From Syntrophorhabdaceae bacterium (GTDB lineage Bacteria > Desulfobacterota > Syntrophorhabdia > Syntrophorhabdales > Syntrophorhabdaceae): a stretch of DNA of 64,000 bases. Below, one piece after another: positions 30,387 through 40,821 of the stretch. Position numbers and translations under genes: made by a program. How positions within the stretch are numbered: the stretch's first letter is position 1; the number at the start of each line of letters is the position of its first letter. Under the pieces are notes generated by a model that was not told the origin of the DNA, ran no database searches, and was given only the letters and a program-made list of their open reading frames with translations. The stretch covers positions 288,001 to 352,000 of the forward strand of contig CAXXUO010000001.1 of NCBI GenBank assembly GCA_963666485.2, written 5' to 3'.

Positions 30387-30426
30387 TGGAGGCGGCATCC
30401 GGATTTGAACCGGAGAATAACGGTTT
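30387..30426 (-). mobile_element. att site: copy of tRNA-Cys 3' end
   Basis: 40-bp exact match to 41841-41880 plus upstream GAGATTTAAAT; GGTTAGAA pair at 30297-30315. Confidence 0.9.
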
Positions 30427-30776
30427 GGCCCTAATCGCCCGGTTTTTAAATAATCAACAATAATCTACAAGAACGAGTGATAATGTAGGACAGTTAAACA
30501 GTAATGGACATGAAATAATTTCACATGGAGGTGACGCATGAAGAAATTTTTTTTAGTCCTTATTCTGTTGCTGGGATTGTTTTTTTGTATTAATACCGCA
30601 AAAGCCGACGACTGGGGCCACAATGAACATCAAGATTGCTATTTGTCGATCGTGTGCATCATTTACGAGACTTTTTGGGGTGAATAACGTGGGGCTTTTA
30701 AAGCCGGCTAATCCTGCATATGACGTCCGGCCAGGAGGGATTATTTCTCTATTTGCACGAACATTATCATCCATGA

Positions 30777-31454
30777 TTATTCCCAATAGGTCTGGTAAAG
30801 CTCAAAGGCTTCGAGGTTTTCAAATTTCATACGGTGAAACAAGGCCCATGCCCGCGCCATGCCCGCTATTCTTTCGTACGAAACGAAGTCCTTGCTCCGT
30901 TGACTGACATGGGCCGCGAGGGCACCCTGTTTGGCGGTCAGGCAACTGTCATCCAGGACCACGAAATAGTTTGGTTTAAATGTGTTGGGAGCTGTCGAGG
31001 GCGATTGATAGAAGAACAATGACCCGCTGAAGCTGCGGGCGGCAGAAAGTGTCGCCTGATGCACGTGGCGGTGGTCCGCGTGAAGATCGGATGGCGCATG
31101 AGTTAGTATTAAACTGGGTTCGGTTGTCTCCAGAAGATCTTCTATATACTGGATCATGCTGCTTCCCGCCAATTCCAGGGCCTGGTCAGTGAAATTTCCA
31201 AGATGAACAAAACCTTGCACATCCCTGGAATTGAGGTTCAATAAAATTTCCGCAGCCTTTCCGGATTCAATGTACCGGTCCGGCGTCTCTCCCGTCGCAT
31301 CCTGGATACTCATTCCGGGCGTCATGACCGCAAAATGAACGGTACACTTTTGTTCATTCCTCAATCTATGAATTAAACCGCCGCAGCCGAGCTCGATATC
31401 ATCCGGATGGGCCCCGATGGCCAGGATCGTTTTCTTATATAAGAGTGGTTTCAT
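30777..31454 (-). CDS. PIG-L/LmbE family deacetylase
   Basis: AIGAHPDDIELGCGG, DLHADH, AHVSQ. Confidence 0.9.
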   Translation of the reverse strand: MKPLLYKKTILAIGAHPDDIELGCGGLIHRLRNEQKCTVHFAVMTPGMSIQDATGETPDRYIESGKAAEILLNLNSRDVQGFVHLGNFTDQALELAGSSMIQYIEDLLETTEPSLILTHAPSDLHADHRHVHQATLSAARSFSGSLFFYQSPSTAPNTFKPNYFVVLDDSCLTAKQGALAAHVSQRSKDFVSYERIAGMARAWALFHRMKFENLEAFELYQTYWE

Positions 31455-31532
31455 GAAAGTCCGTCAACCGATACTCGCATAATACCTGATATGTATCCCG
31501 GATTGCAATATCGCATGCCGGTTTCAGTTTCG

Positions 31533-31636
31533 AAGGGGAGATTTCAATTACCAAAGACCAAAAAAGAGCGTCGTAAGATTGATCTACCGCAAAAAGACAT
31601 AGCAATGCTTCTCTGAGGATACAGGCAGGGCAAAAT
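31533..31636 (+). pseudogene. internally deleted integrase relic related to 38999 integrase
   Basis: KGRFQLPKTKKERRKIDLPQ joined to RHSNASLRIQAGQN; both match separate segments of the intact integrase. Confidence 0.85.
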
Positions 31637-31715
31637 AGATATGATTTTACAAGGCAACAGATTGAAATGCTGGAGATTCTTATGAATTAACATTCCGTGA
31701 AAGCGCGAATTCTGG

Positions 31716-32072
31716 TCATTCCTTTCCAATGTAGCGTTCAACCGCGGCAATTAATGTATTCTTTGATATTGGCTTCTCCAGTACTAGATTAATGCTGCGA
31801 TTCTCGATCTGCTTATTTATATGACCAGTAATAAGGATAATTGGCAGGTCCGGCCTAAAGCGACATAGCTCTTCAGCCAATTCCGGCCCTTTCATATGCG
31901 GCATATCCTTATCTATGATTGCAAGGTCAATGACGTCCTTGTTTCGCTCCATGAATGCAAGGGCTTTCCTGGGATCGTCAAAAGAAGCAGTTTTGTATCC
32001 CGATCTATGGCACCTTTCCTCGATCATCTGTTCCACCAATTTTTCATCATCTACAACGAGTATGGTTGCCAT
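31716..32072 (-). CDS. single-domain response regulator receiver
   Basis: ILVVDDE, IIDKDMPHMKG, ILITG, LEKP. Confidence 0.9.
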   Translation of the reverse strand: MATILVVDDEKLVEQMIEERCHRSGYKTASFDDPRKALAFMERNKDVIDLAIIDKDMPHMKGPELAEELCRFRPDLPIILITGHINKQIENRSINLVLEKPISKNTLIAAVERYIGKE

Positions 32073-32210
32073 AGTTTAAAATAAGCAGGCCTTGCAGTGG
32101 ATTCAATGGTCGAATGAGTCTGGTTAGAAAATGGTTAGAATTGGCTTCAACGAGCCAATCGTTGCTTTTTTCCTGCTTTCGTAATCTATCGATATTTAAG
32201 AGATTTAAAT

Positions 32211-32255
32211 TGGAGGCGGCATCCGGATTTGAACCGGAGAATAACGGTTTTGCAG
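32211..32255 (-). mobile_element. att site: 45-bp duplication of tRNA-Cys 3' half ending at the anticodon loop
   Basis: Exact match to 41841-41885; flanked by GGTTAGAA pairs at 32122-32140 and 32365-32384. Confidence 0.95.
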
Positions 32256-32410
32256 CGAGCCGCCAGACCGCTCAGCAAGGCCAGTTGTCTGAATAATATC
32301 ATGTGGATGACTTGGTTTATGACGTGGCTTGTTTGATGCTATTTTGTGCTGGTTTAAGGGGTCTGGTTAGAAGGACGGTTAGAAATGAAAATGAAATAGA
32401 TATTCAGGTG

Positions 32411-33979
32411 TTAATCTAGCAAATCAGAAATATACATTTTTATTTCTTTAAACAAACTTGGTGAATTCATAGCAATTTGTCTGCATAATAGTTGACGAAC
32501 ATAATCTTCATTTCCAATATAGCCAAGTTCTTGGCATAAAATATAAAATTCAGAATGTTTCTCTGCGCGCTTGGCTTTTTTAATAGCATTTTTTAAACTG
32601 TCAGTACTCACTGCAAATAGATTTGATAAGTCATCTATAATTTCATGACATTGATTCAATATCCATAATTCTGGGTGTATAGAATCTGGGAGTGTTATCA
32701 ATCTTTTTTCCACCCATTCTTTTGCTGCCTCTTTCTTTTTTGGATTTTCAACTAAATTTATAAATTGCTTGAAATAATTATCCATTTCATTTCTTTTATC
32801 CCCGTCAAGAATACCTAGGCATTCACCCACTTTAAGGTTTTTATATCTCGCCGATAATTGCCTGATTAACGATGATGCCGATCCTATCGGGATAATATTA
32901 ACCCGATTACGAATCTCGTGATCAAAAAAAGAATGCACGACATTCATGGCACAGTTATCTTCTACAAATATGTCGAGTTCATTACTATTTTCACCCGCGA
33001 GCTTGCCACCTGCGAAAGATGGTGAAATTCCTGATGTTACGATGGTCGAATCGCCTGCATGTTCGATGAAAAAACGTGCCTCGGGGGGAACATTTCTTAA
33101 AATATTTGTTGAATGAGTCGTGCATATAATTTGTATATGGCGATTTTCGCAAACTTTTTTTAATTCCTGTATGAACTTTGCCTGAGCTTCTTCATGAAGA
33201 CCCAGCTCTATCTCATCGATGACTAGCAATGCTCCGCCAGAACAGGCAAAAATTGTGGAAAAAATCTCAAAGAGAGCATTTTCACCCGCTCCCATATTAA
33301 AACCTGAATATGTAATTCCGTCGTTTATTACCATAGGTAAATGATATTTGCTGTATTCGTTGTACCAGAAATTCTCATAGCTATTACCCAGAATTTTACT
33401 TACTACTGCTTTTACAGATTCTTCCCAACCGCGAGGTGCGGTACGCATGAAGAATTTTTTATAACTGCATGAGACACTTTTTTCCGAGTGTGGCACAACT
33501 CGTTCTATTCCGAAAAAAATCACGTTTTTTCTAACCCGCCTTGAGTATTTATTCCATTTTCCACCTTTAGTCTTATATCTCGCTTGATAGGCAAATCCAA
33601 TACCATCCGGAATTTTCGGAGTTTTCTTCCACTTATTATTTAAAAATAAATACCTAATATAGATACCTTCGGGCGGCACTTCTTCATTCGTTTGAAAGAA
33701 AAAATCTGAAAAAGTATAATATGGTTCTTTTCGAGACGGTAATTTGAATCCTTCAGGAGAATTATGATAAGCACATGCAGCTAAGGCAAGAATTGTTGAT
33801 TTTCCACTACCATTTTTTCCAGCAATGACCGAGATTGGATATTTAAATCTTATTTGGAATGCCTTAAGCCCCCTAATTTGGCCTTCAATTAGTGATATTT
33901 CATGTAGTGTGACTTGCGTATTATCGTATGGAAACCACTTTAAATTCGCCCTATCAAGATCAGAATATCGATATGGCAT
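32411..33979 (-). CDS. ABC-type ATPase fused to TOPRIM-like domain (OLD-family-like nuclease)
   Basis: GKNGSGKST Walker A, MGAGE signature, LLVIDEIELGLH Walker B, TTHS, then FVED and LDGD TOPRIM motifs. Confidence 0.8.
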   Translation of the reverse strand: MPYRYSDLDRANLKWFPYDNTQVTLHEISLIEGQIRGLKAFQIRFKYPISVIAGKNGSGKSTILALAACAYHNSPEGFKLPSRKEPYYTFSDFFFQTNEEVPPEGIYIRYLFLNNKWKKTPKIPDGIGFAYQARYKTKGGKWNKYSRRVRKNVIFFGIERVVPHSEKSVSCSYKKFFMRTAPRGWEESVKAVVSKILGNSYENFWYNEYSKYHLPMVINDGITYSGFNMGAGENALFEIFSTIFACSGGALLVIDEIELGLHEEAQAKFIQELKKVCENRHIQIICTTHSTNILRNVPPEARFFIEHAGDSTIVTSGISPSFAGGKLAGENSNELDIFVEDNCAMNVVHSFFDHEIRNRVNIIPIGSASSLIRQLSARYKNLKVGECLGILDGDKRNEMDNYFKQFINLVENPKKKEAAKEWVEKRLITLPDSIHPELWILNQCHEIIDDLSNLFAVSTDSLKNAIKKAKRAEKHSEFYILCQELGYIGNEDYVRQLLCRQIAMNSPSLFKEIKMYISDLLD

Positions 33980-34003
33980 ACTATTTCCTTAATGTTTTAT
34001 ATT

Positions 34004-35725
34004 TTATTTCCATTGAAATGTTTCGGCTGCCAAGTCCGCAAGATTCTTCTGTCTGGAAGTAACTTCGTCGATACCGAGCTTATCTATCTTGGCAACCTTG
34101 TTAAAAGCCTTCGCCATTGTACTGCCACCAGGCATCGCTGTTACAAGTCCCTTGCATTGGATAAAAGAACTGTTTGCATAGACCTCTTTCTTGCTCATAA
34201 CGCTGGCATCTTTAATTGATCTGTTTAAGGGCTTTTCAATCAGGACAAGATTACCAAGTCTTTCGACATTTTCGGCGTGTTCAGCTTCGTTCATAGAAAG
34301 TATTTTTGCAGCATCAAATTTTCTCGGAATGATATGTTCGACTTCATAATTGGAAAATTCATTGATCGCTTTGTAAGCCCCGCCTGTTGTTTCCCTCAAA
34401 AACCCCTCGATGCGCAGCAACAGGTAGACTAATTTTTTCTTCGAGATATCGTTAATTTTTAAATTTAGCAGCTTGTCGTAAGCCAATTGCCCTAACCTTC
34501 TAACTTCGGGCAAAATAGTTTTCCTGATTAATTCTGACACTTGATCATCCGATTTGCATTGAAGCAAGCCTTGTGTCCAATCACTGAAAGTTTTTTCTAT
34601 GGCGCCAGTATAAGATCGCTGTACGGAATACGAAATTAAAAGAGATTCAACCGCAGCCAGAATGCTATCGTAATTAGCACTTGCGGGACTAATCTGCCTC
34701 AACGATATAAGCAAAGGAAAGAACTGTTTTCCTTTTTCAGATAGCCTTCTGATATTTGCTATTTTTTTACTATCGGTACCATCTGGAGCTTTACCATTAA
34801 TAATATTTCTATAAGCTTCAGCAAAACTTTGAACCCTGGTTATAAAATCGAAAGGCGTCCGAGTTAATTCGGTATTTAGCGGATTTTTTATCCATTCAAA
34901 TACATCGTCTTCTGGTATTTTTTTGCTATAGGCGACCAGAATGTAATATTTTAGAAATCGCTTCTCGCTTTCATTTAATTTATCGAGGGTTTCTTTAAAT
35001 TTATTCCATTCGGACTTTAGTTCATCCCAATTTGATTCATCTTCATTGGCGAAAAGGGCACTTTTAACCAGATCGATCGGGGTTAGCGATTTTCCTTTTG
35101 AATTTAATGTCTCAAACACCATTAATGCCTGTCGCATACTATATGCAATGTAAGGAAGAACTACGACGTTCGATAAAATATAATTAGTAAACTTTTCAAT
35201 TGGTATTTCAGGCGCATCGAAATAACTTTCGACAGCCATGAAAGCGTTTTTCATATTGGAAATTGTATCGTTAAAATCCTCAAATAATTTGACCTTATCG
35301 GGATCCTCGACTATCTCTCTGATCAATGCATCTGCTCGAAGATCACTGAAGATAATCCTGAATTTACTTTGCAGTTTTCCCTCTTCCATTCTTTTATAGG
35401 CGATGAGTTGTCCTAAGAAGCCGGCCATTTCAGTATCGCCTTTTTTTAAAAAATAATTTTTGAGGGCGGCAATGATAATGAAAAGAGTGGTCAATCTTTG
35501 TTGGCCATCGATTATCATAAAATCTTGTCCATCATCAATTAACACAATCGCACCAATAAAATATTTTTGGTTGTCATCTCTTTGATAGCTATCGGCAAAG
35601 TCATTTAGCAACTGCGAAACATTTTCCTCTTCCCATACGTATTCACGCTGAAAATCTGCCACACAAAAGAATTGATTGAATAAATCATGAACCGATATTG
35701 AACGGTCATTTCTGAAATTTTCCAC
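34004..35725 (-). CDS. DUF262 + DUF1524 (HNH) protein, GmrSD/SspE-like
   Basis: FQREYVW, IIDGQQRLTT, FETLNSKG, VEHIIP, LGNLVL..LN. Confidence 0.88.
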   Translation of the reverse strand: MENFRNDRSISVHDLFNQFFCVADFQREYVWEEENVSQLLNDFADSYQRDDNQKYFIGAIVLIDDGQDFMIIDGQQRLTTLFIIIAALKNYFLKKGDTEMAGFLGQLIAYKRMEEGKLQSKFRIIFSDLRADALIREIVEDPDKVKLFEDFNDTISNMKNAFMAVESYFDAPEIPIEKFTNYILSNVVVLPYIAYSMRQALMVFETLNSKGKSLTPIDLVKSALFANEDESNWDELKSEWNKFKETLDKLNESEKRFLKYYILVAYSKKIPEDDVFEWIKNPLNTELTRTPFDFITRVQSFAEAYRNIINGKAPDGTDSKKIANIRRLSEKGKQFFPLLISLRQISPASANYDSILAAVESLLISYSVQRSYTGAIEKTFSDWTQGLLQCKSDDQVSELIRKTILPEVRRLGQLAYDKLLNLKINDISKKKLVYLLLRIEGFLRETTGGAYKAINEFSNYEVEHIIPRKFDAAKILSMNEAEHAENVERLGNLVLIEKPLNRSIKDASVMSKKEVYANSSFIQCKGLVTAMPGGSTMAKAFNKVAKIDKLGIDEVTSRQKNLADLAAETFQWK

Positions 35726-36338
35726 TGGTTATCCCCTTAAGGAAAAATAAATAAATGCTTAAATCATTGAAATTCTCATGATTTAATTAGTTTTATGTTT
35801 AACCAGATATTATTATCCACAATTTAAAATGTCAATAAACAATGAGAAAATTACGGATATAGAGTATTTTAGGCGCAATTTATTTGTTAAAATGGTTTTC
35901 TATGCAGTGTATGACATGTCTTTCATGGGTTATCGCTGGCAAATATTGAAATGTCATATTTAAATACTGACCAGCTTTTCGTCGATTACTAACAGTAAAA
36001 TCTTATTAATTATCAAGACAAATTCATTTTATCCATTCATATAAGAAGGAAAAAAACAGCGATAAGAATTGTTTGCCTCTCCTGTGACCGCAACGTTTTC
36101 CTTCATTGGCAAGCTGCATATTACCAAAAAACCATAATAAAAAATCTATTACGAAAAATCAGACCCATTCAAAATTCCTGCCTGATTGATAAAGAGCAAC
36201 AGTTGGACTTTTTTTACCCTGCGTTTTCCTGGTGATAGCACATTGGGCTTCTCACAAAGATTGTATATGAACACTATTGACTATCGGTACACAAATCTGG
36301 TCGTCGCAGACAAATCTATTCAAGGGGAGGTGGTATTC

Positions 36339-36389
36339 GTGGACCTTATCTTCGCGCTCCTGTTGGCATGGCTGATCGGTAAAAAGTAA
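36339..36389 (+). CDS. candidate 16-aa hydrophobic peptide MDLIFALLLAWLIGKK (type I toxin-like)
   Basis: GGGGAGGT RBS upstream of GTG; hydrophobic core with terminal KK; hairpins downstream. Confidence 0.45.
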   Translation: MDLIFALLLAWLIGKK

Positions 36390-36625
36390 ACCGATCCACC
36401 ACAGGCAGGCTCGTGCATTCACGAAATGTTACATGCTACGGAACGCACGGGCTTGCCTCTGCCATCGAGAGCGACGAGGTGACGAAAAGTTTTGGTTACT
36501 GGACAGGGATAACGAGGCTTGCTTCAGGTTGCTTCGGGACATAGAAGACAGACATTCTTGTATTTATGCTCACAGGGCGCCGCCTGAGCAAACCTCAGCG
36601 AAAAGGGGACGAACCTCAGCGAACA

Positions 36626-36856
36626 TCACTTCTTCTTTTTAGGAGAAGCCTCTTCCAGCTTCTGAATTCTTTCTTCAAGGCTTTTCAGTGCATCGCTCAC
36701 CGTTGGGGTTTTATCAAAATACTGGTTAAGCGCATCCTCAACCACTGAAGATATTGACATCTCCTTCTCTTCAGCCACCATTTTTAGCTTATCTTTCATG
36801 GCAAGCGTCATGCGAAGCTGTACTACTTCTGTCTTTAGTCTTCGTCTACGAATCAT
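36626..36856 (-). CDS. ribbon-helix-helix (CopG-like) regulator
   Basis: VVQLRMTLAMKDKLKMVAEEKEMSISSVVEDALNQYF; C-terminal coiled coil. Confidence 0.75.
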   Translation of the reverse strand: MIRRRRLKTEVVQLRMTLAMKDKLKMVAEEKEMSISSVVEDALNQYFDKTPTVSDALKSLEERIQKLEEASPKKKK

Positions 36857-37104
36857 GGATGCGATTGTATCAGGTTTCGGAAAGCCTTTCAATCAATATC
36901 AATACGTTTGGCAATACATTGTAATGATTGATGTATATACATTTGTATTGACACATGGCAACACTTGTGGTCCAATATCGAACCTGCTTGTCTGGTTCAG
37001 GACGTTCGGTGCAGGTTGGGTCGTCTCGGGAAACACAGGTGATCCATATCATTACTCGGCGCCCCCATGAAGGCAACGCCAATAATAATTTAAAGGAGTT
37101 AGAT

Positions 37105-37374
37105 ATGAAGAACCAACCAAGGATTAAACAAACAGAATTGGCGGGTAGTTTGGAATTTGGACGTTACACAGCAGGAGCCGAACTTACACCAGAGGAATCC
37201 ATACGTGGTTTCTGCTATACATGCATGTTCAATTTCTCATCAAGATTCGATGAATTGAGCCCTGAATGTGCCAATGACGAAGAATGTCCTTTATATCCTT
37301 ATTCTCCGTTCCAAGAGGGGAATATAAAGGTCGACCCGCGCGACAGAAGGGACTACATCATCATCAATCCGTAA
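37105..37374 (+). CDS. small Cys-motif hypothetical protein
   Basis: AAGGAG RBS; FCYTC...C....CPLYPYSP possible metal-binding motif. Confidence 0.65.
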   Translation: MKNQPRIKQTELAGSLEFGRYTAGAELTPEESIRGFCYTCMFNFSSRFDELSPECANDEECPLYPYSPFQEGNIKVDPRDRRDYIIINP

Positions 37375-37442
37375 AACGTGAATAGCAAGCAGAAGGTCTT
37401 CCAATAAGGCCTTCTGCGCACTATCCAAAGGAGGGTATTGCT

Positions 37443-38309
37443 ATGACTATACCGCGGTATAGACGAAGAACTGTTTCCGCACGGGATCTTCAAATTAAAG
37501 TTGTGAAAAATATTAATCTGCTCGACAGGCCATTATTCATCCCATCCAGAACACGGGTAGAGCAGGACGTGTATAACGATCAGAACGGATATGAGATATC
37601 ATGTCCGACCGGTCTTCCGGTGTCCAAAGATATCGATCTTCTGAATCTATTATTGCATAAAACACAGGCTACGCGGGGGCTGCTTACAGTCGAGTTTGAT
37701 TCAATGTCGGATTTACTCCAGGAACTGGGGTATAGCGTCGGCGAAAAAAATTATGCAGCCGTCCGGCAATCGTTGGAATGCTGGGGACAGACCCAAATTT
37801 GTTTTCAACAGGAATCGCTGTATATCGGCAGGGGCCGGTATGGCGGATTACCGAGGACGCACATATTGCAGGTCAGCCACCCTCATAATGGGCTTCGCAT
37901 TGAATTTAACAGACATTTTCTGGATCTCAACAATTCGTCGAGTTATGTGATGAAATTCCCGCTGAAGTTAATGCCGAAGTTTACACCCTTCTCTAAGAGA
38001 CTATTCGAGATTCTTCGGAAGAATGAGAAGAACTTCGAGCAGGAATTACAATGGAAAATTTCATTAGATAAACTTCGTCGAAAAATGCCCATAATAAATG
38101 GCTTATCCAATGCCAAATTTGTATATCAGGTTAAAGATTCCTGCAATGAGATCAACGAGAAAATGCACCGTTACGGGATGCGGCACGGCTATGCAGTCGA
38201 ACGAGGCGGCCGAAGATACCAAATATTCATCTTCAATAAAGGATTGATGGAGCGTCGTACTGCGCGGGATACAATTCGTACTGAAGGGCTATTATTTCGT
38301 ACTTCATGA
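37443..38309 (+). CDS. replication initiator protein, Rep_3/RepB-like winged helix
   Basis: LRIEFNRHF, SKRLFEILRK, ISLDKLRRKM, CNEINEK pattern; adjacent iterons. Confidence 0.7.
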   Translation: MTIPRYRRRTVSARDLQIKVVKNINLLDRPLFIPSRTRVEQDVYNDQNGYEISCPTGLPVSKDIDLLNLLLHKTQATRGLLTVEFDSMSDLLQELGYSVGEKNYAAVRQSLECWGQTQICFQQESLYIGRGRYGGLPRTHILQVSHPHNGLRIEFNRHFLDLNNSSSYVMKFPLKLMPKFTPFSKRLFEILRKNEKNFEQELQWKISLDKLRRKMPIINGLSNAKFVYQVKDSCNEINEKMHRYGMRHGYAVERGGRRYQIFIFNKGLMERRTARDTIRTEGLLFRTS

Positions 38310-38360
38310 CATGACGTTCGTACTTGGCGGGATGATTTCTCGTACTTTACGGGATAGAAA
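38255..38360 (+). repeat. five iteron-like repeats (TCGTACT core, 21-22 bp period), putative origin
   Basis: Cores at 38255, 38276, 38297, 38318, 38340; three carry CGGGAT; AT-rich tract at about 38399-38450. Confidence 0.8.
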
Positions 38361-38998
38361 ATGCTCTAAACCATTGGGGGCCAAGGGTATCTGGCCCCTA
38401 GATATATATTTAGATACTATATGTACATCGATATATTCTTTTGAAACTAGGTTTTTGATTCCCGTTCTCCGTACGTTCGCGTTGCTCACTTGCCACTCCG
38501 AACGGGGGGGTTTCTAAAAGAAGACCCCAAAAGCATCTTGTACTGTTCTGGTGCGCACCTTAAGAGGCTCTTTCCCTGACGAATCTAATGCTCTTGTACG
38601 TGGGATTTTACGTTTTCATATAAAACGATCGCCAGAACGCAAGTGCCGACGTCTGAGAAGCATCCTGCAAAGAACTTGAATATCATTTTGACGCAGTATT
38701 CCCGATCCGAGTACAGCGGCACGCTTAATGACAGTTGGCGTTGTGCACGCCGACCATACTCCTTGTCATAAGGTCGACATACTGCACAGACAGTCACCAA
38801 AATTAATGGCCGGCCGGTTAGAAAGCGGTTAGAAGACGCTTGTGAACGCTTTATAAACGCGCGGTTCCGATGGGACAGCAGGTTACCTTAACCGTTATTC
38901 AAGATTGTTCTTGAACCAATCCCGAGGTCTCCTATAATGAAGTCAATTAAATATAAACGCTTGATAGAAGCCAACATACAGCAAAAAGGAGGTACACC

Positions 38999-40090
38999 AT
39001 GCAGGGAAGTATCGTAAAGAAAGGATCAGTTTATTATGCAGTTATCGCCTTAAGTCACATGAAGCGAAAATGGTACAAGGGAGGGGATACTCGAAAAGCA
39101 GCACAGAAGGTCTTACGTGAGAAGCTTGGAGAACTTGACGCAGGGACGTACAAGGAGATACCCAAGGCTACGTTCAAGGAGTTCATCGATCACTGGTTAA
39201 CCACATATTGCGAAAGCAACCTCAAGCCCTCAACATTAAAAGGCTATAAAAGCATCTTAACAGTCAATATGGTTGGCTTTCACGAACGTAAGTTAATCGA
39301 CGTTACGACAGGCCAACTGGCGGCACATGTATCGAATAGACTTAAAGGTGGGGCATCTGCAATGACGATGAACCACGAGGTGGCTCTCATAAAGCTTGTC
39401 TTTAAGCATGCGAGGCGGTGGGGATACGTCAAGATCAGTCCCGCTGAAGACCTCGACAGACCAAAGGCAACATCAAAAGAGATCGAGGTCCTCAGCCCTG
39501 ACGAGTTCAAACTGTTCATTGAGAAGTTACATCCCCATTTCCGAACCGCGTTTACGACAGCTTTTCTTTGCGGTCTGAGGGCTGGCGAGCTGTGGGCACT
39601 GCAATGGGGAGATATTGACTGGGTATCGAACAGGCTGTATGTACGGCGATCTGTTTGGAAAGGTCGATTTCAGACGCCGAAGACGAAGAAGAGTATACGC
39701 AAGATCGATTTACCGCAACAGCTAGTTCAAGAATTGAAGGTTTGGAAGCTTAAATGCCCTGTCAGTGAGCATGATCTTGTATTTCCTGGGCTTGAAGGTG
39801 GCATTGCGAACCATGTGAATATCGCTAACAGGCACTTCTACCCTGCCCTGCGAAGAGCGGGATTAAGGCACGTGTCATTTCACAGCTTACGTCATAGTAA
39901 TGCCAGTTTAAGGATACAGGCAGGGCAAAACATCAAATACGTCAGCGACCAACTGGGTCATTCGACGATTAAGATCACCTTGGATGTGTACGGTCACCTG
40001 TTCGATGACGTAAACTTCACAAGGCAACAAGTTGAGATGCTGGATGCTTGTTTTAATACCAAGAATAAAGAATCTATTACCAATATTTAA
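38999..40090 (+). CDS. tyrosine recombinase/integrase
   Basis: GLRAGE (R), PKTK (K), FHSLRHS (HxxR), QLGHS (H), DVYGHL (Y); N-terminal arm-binding region; GGAGG RBS. Confidence 0.95.
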   Translation: MQGSIVKKGSVYYAVIALSHMKRKWYKGGDTRKAAQKVLREKLGELDAGTYKEIPKATFKEFIDHWLTTYCESNLKPSTLKGYKSILTVNMVGFHERKLIDVTTGQLAAHVSNRLKGGASAMTMNHEVALIKLVFKHARRWGYVKISPAEDLDRPKATSKEIEVLSPDEFKLFIEKLHPHFRTAFTTAFLCGLRAGELWALQWGDIDWVSNRLYVRRSVWKGRFQTPKTKKSIRKIDLPQQLVQELKVWKLKCPVSEHDLVFPGLEGGIANHVNIANRHFYPALRRAGLRHVSFHSLRHSNASLRIQAGQNIKYVSDQLGHSTIKITLDVYGHLFDDVNFTRQQVEMLDACFNTKNKESITNI

Positions 40091-40131
40091 TAATAGTTTC
40101 CAATTTTGTTTTTATTTATTACAATTTCAAT

Positions 40132-40797
40132 ATGAATAATACAATATATGATCAAATCAATAAAAACATATCTAATGTTATACAAGGCATACCGTCTGCC
40201 CACGTTAGCGATTACGATTACTTAATAGAAAACTTAAACAATTCAGCCAACGCTGGTTATCAGAGCCGGTACAAAACATACTGGAGACTGCATGGAGCTG
40301 GTCTATCACAAGATTATTGCGATATTTATTTTCAGTATTTACAGAATGCCGTGCTAAATCCCTTGCCACTCAAAACCCTTGTAACCGAACTTTACCAAGT
40401 ACCCTGCTCTCCAAATAGAAAAGCGATTCAATTTTCTTTTTGTACCAAACTTTGTCATATGATAGATCGCAAATTGCCAATTTACGATTCAAAAATAGCT
40501 GAATTCTATAATTTTAAGCGGCCTGATTCGCAAATATCTGCCGAAAGACGAATCAATATGTACATCAGATTCTACGAATTTCTGAAGGCTGAATATCAGA
40601 AAGTGCTTGATAGTAAAATACTTGATGAATCAATCAAATCTTTTAGGGTTTCTTTTCAGCCCAAGAATTTTACTGATATAAAAATCATAGATTCGTTGAT
40701 CTGGGGTTCAGCCCCAAAAAAAGTGAAAGAACCCTCACCCCGAGAACAAAATATTCAGAGATTATTGAAAATGCTTGCATCCGAAGAGGAGCATTGA
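40132..40797 (+). CDS. hypothetical protein, possible HhH glycosylase-like fold
   Basis: SFCTKLCH..LPIYDS motif and IIDSLIW; AT-rich. Confidence 0.6.
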   Translation: MNNTIYDQINKNISNVIQGIPSAHVSDYDYLIENLNNSANAGYQSRYKTYWRLHGAGLSQDYCDIYFQYLQNAVLNPLPLKTLVTELYQVPCSPNRKAIQFSFCTKLCHMIDRKLPIYDSKIAEFYNFKRPDSQISAERRINMYIRFYEFLKAEYQKVLDSKILDESIKSFRVSFQPKNFTDIKIIDSLIWGSAPKKVKEPSPREQNIQRLLKMLASEEEH

Positions 40798-40821
40798 CAA
40801 CAGAAATGAAAAAATCGAGCC

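Noticed and set aside
30553..30786. 77-aa ORF downstream of PIG-L gene
   Set aside because: No motif or clear support; left uncalled
38255..38360. Possible mini-CRISPR
   Set aside because: 7-bp cores with 21-22 bp period next to rep fit iterons
38545..38566. GGTGCGCACC palindrome as possible oriT
   Set aside because: Only loose likeness to MOBQ nic sites and no relaxase present
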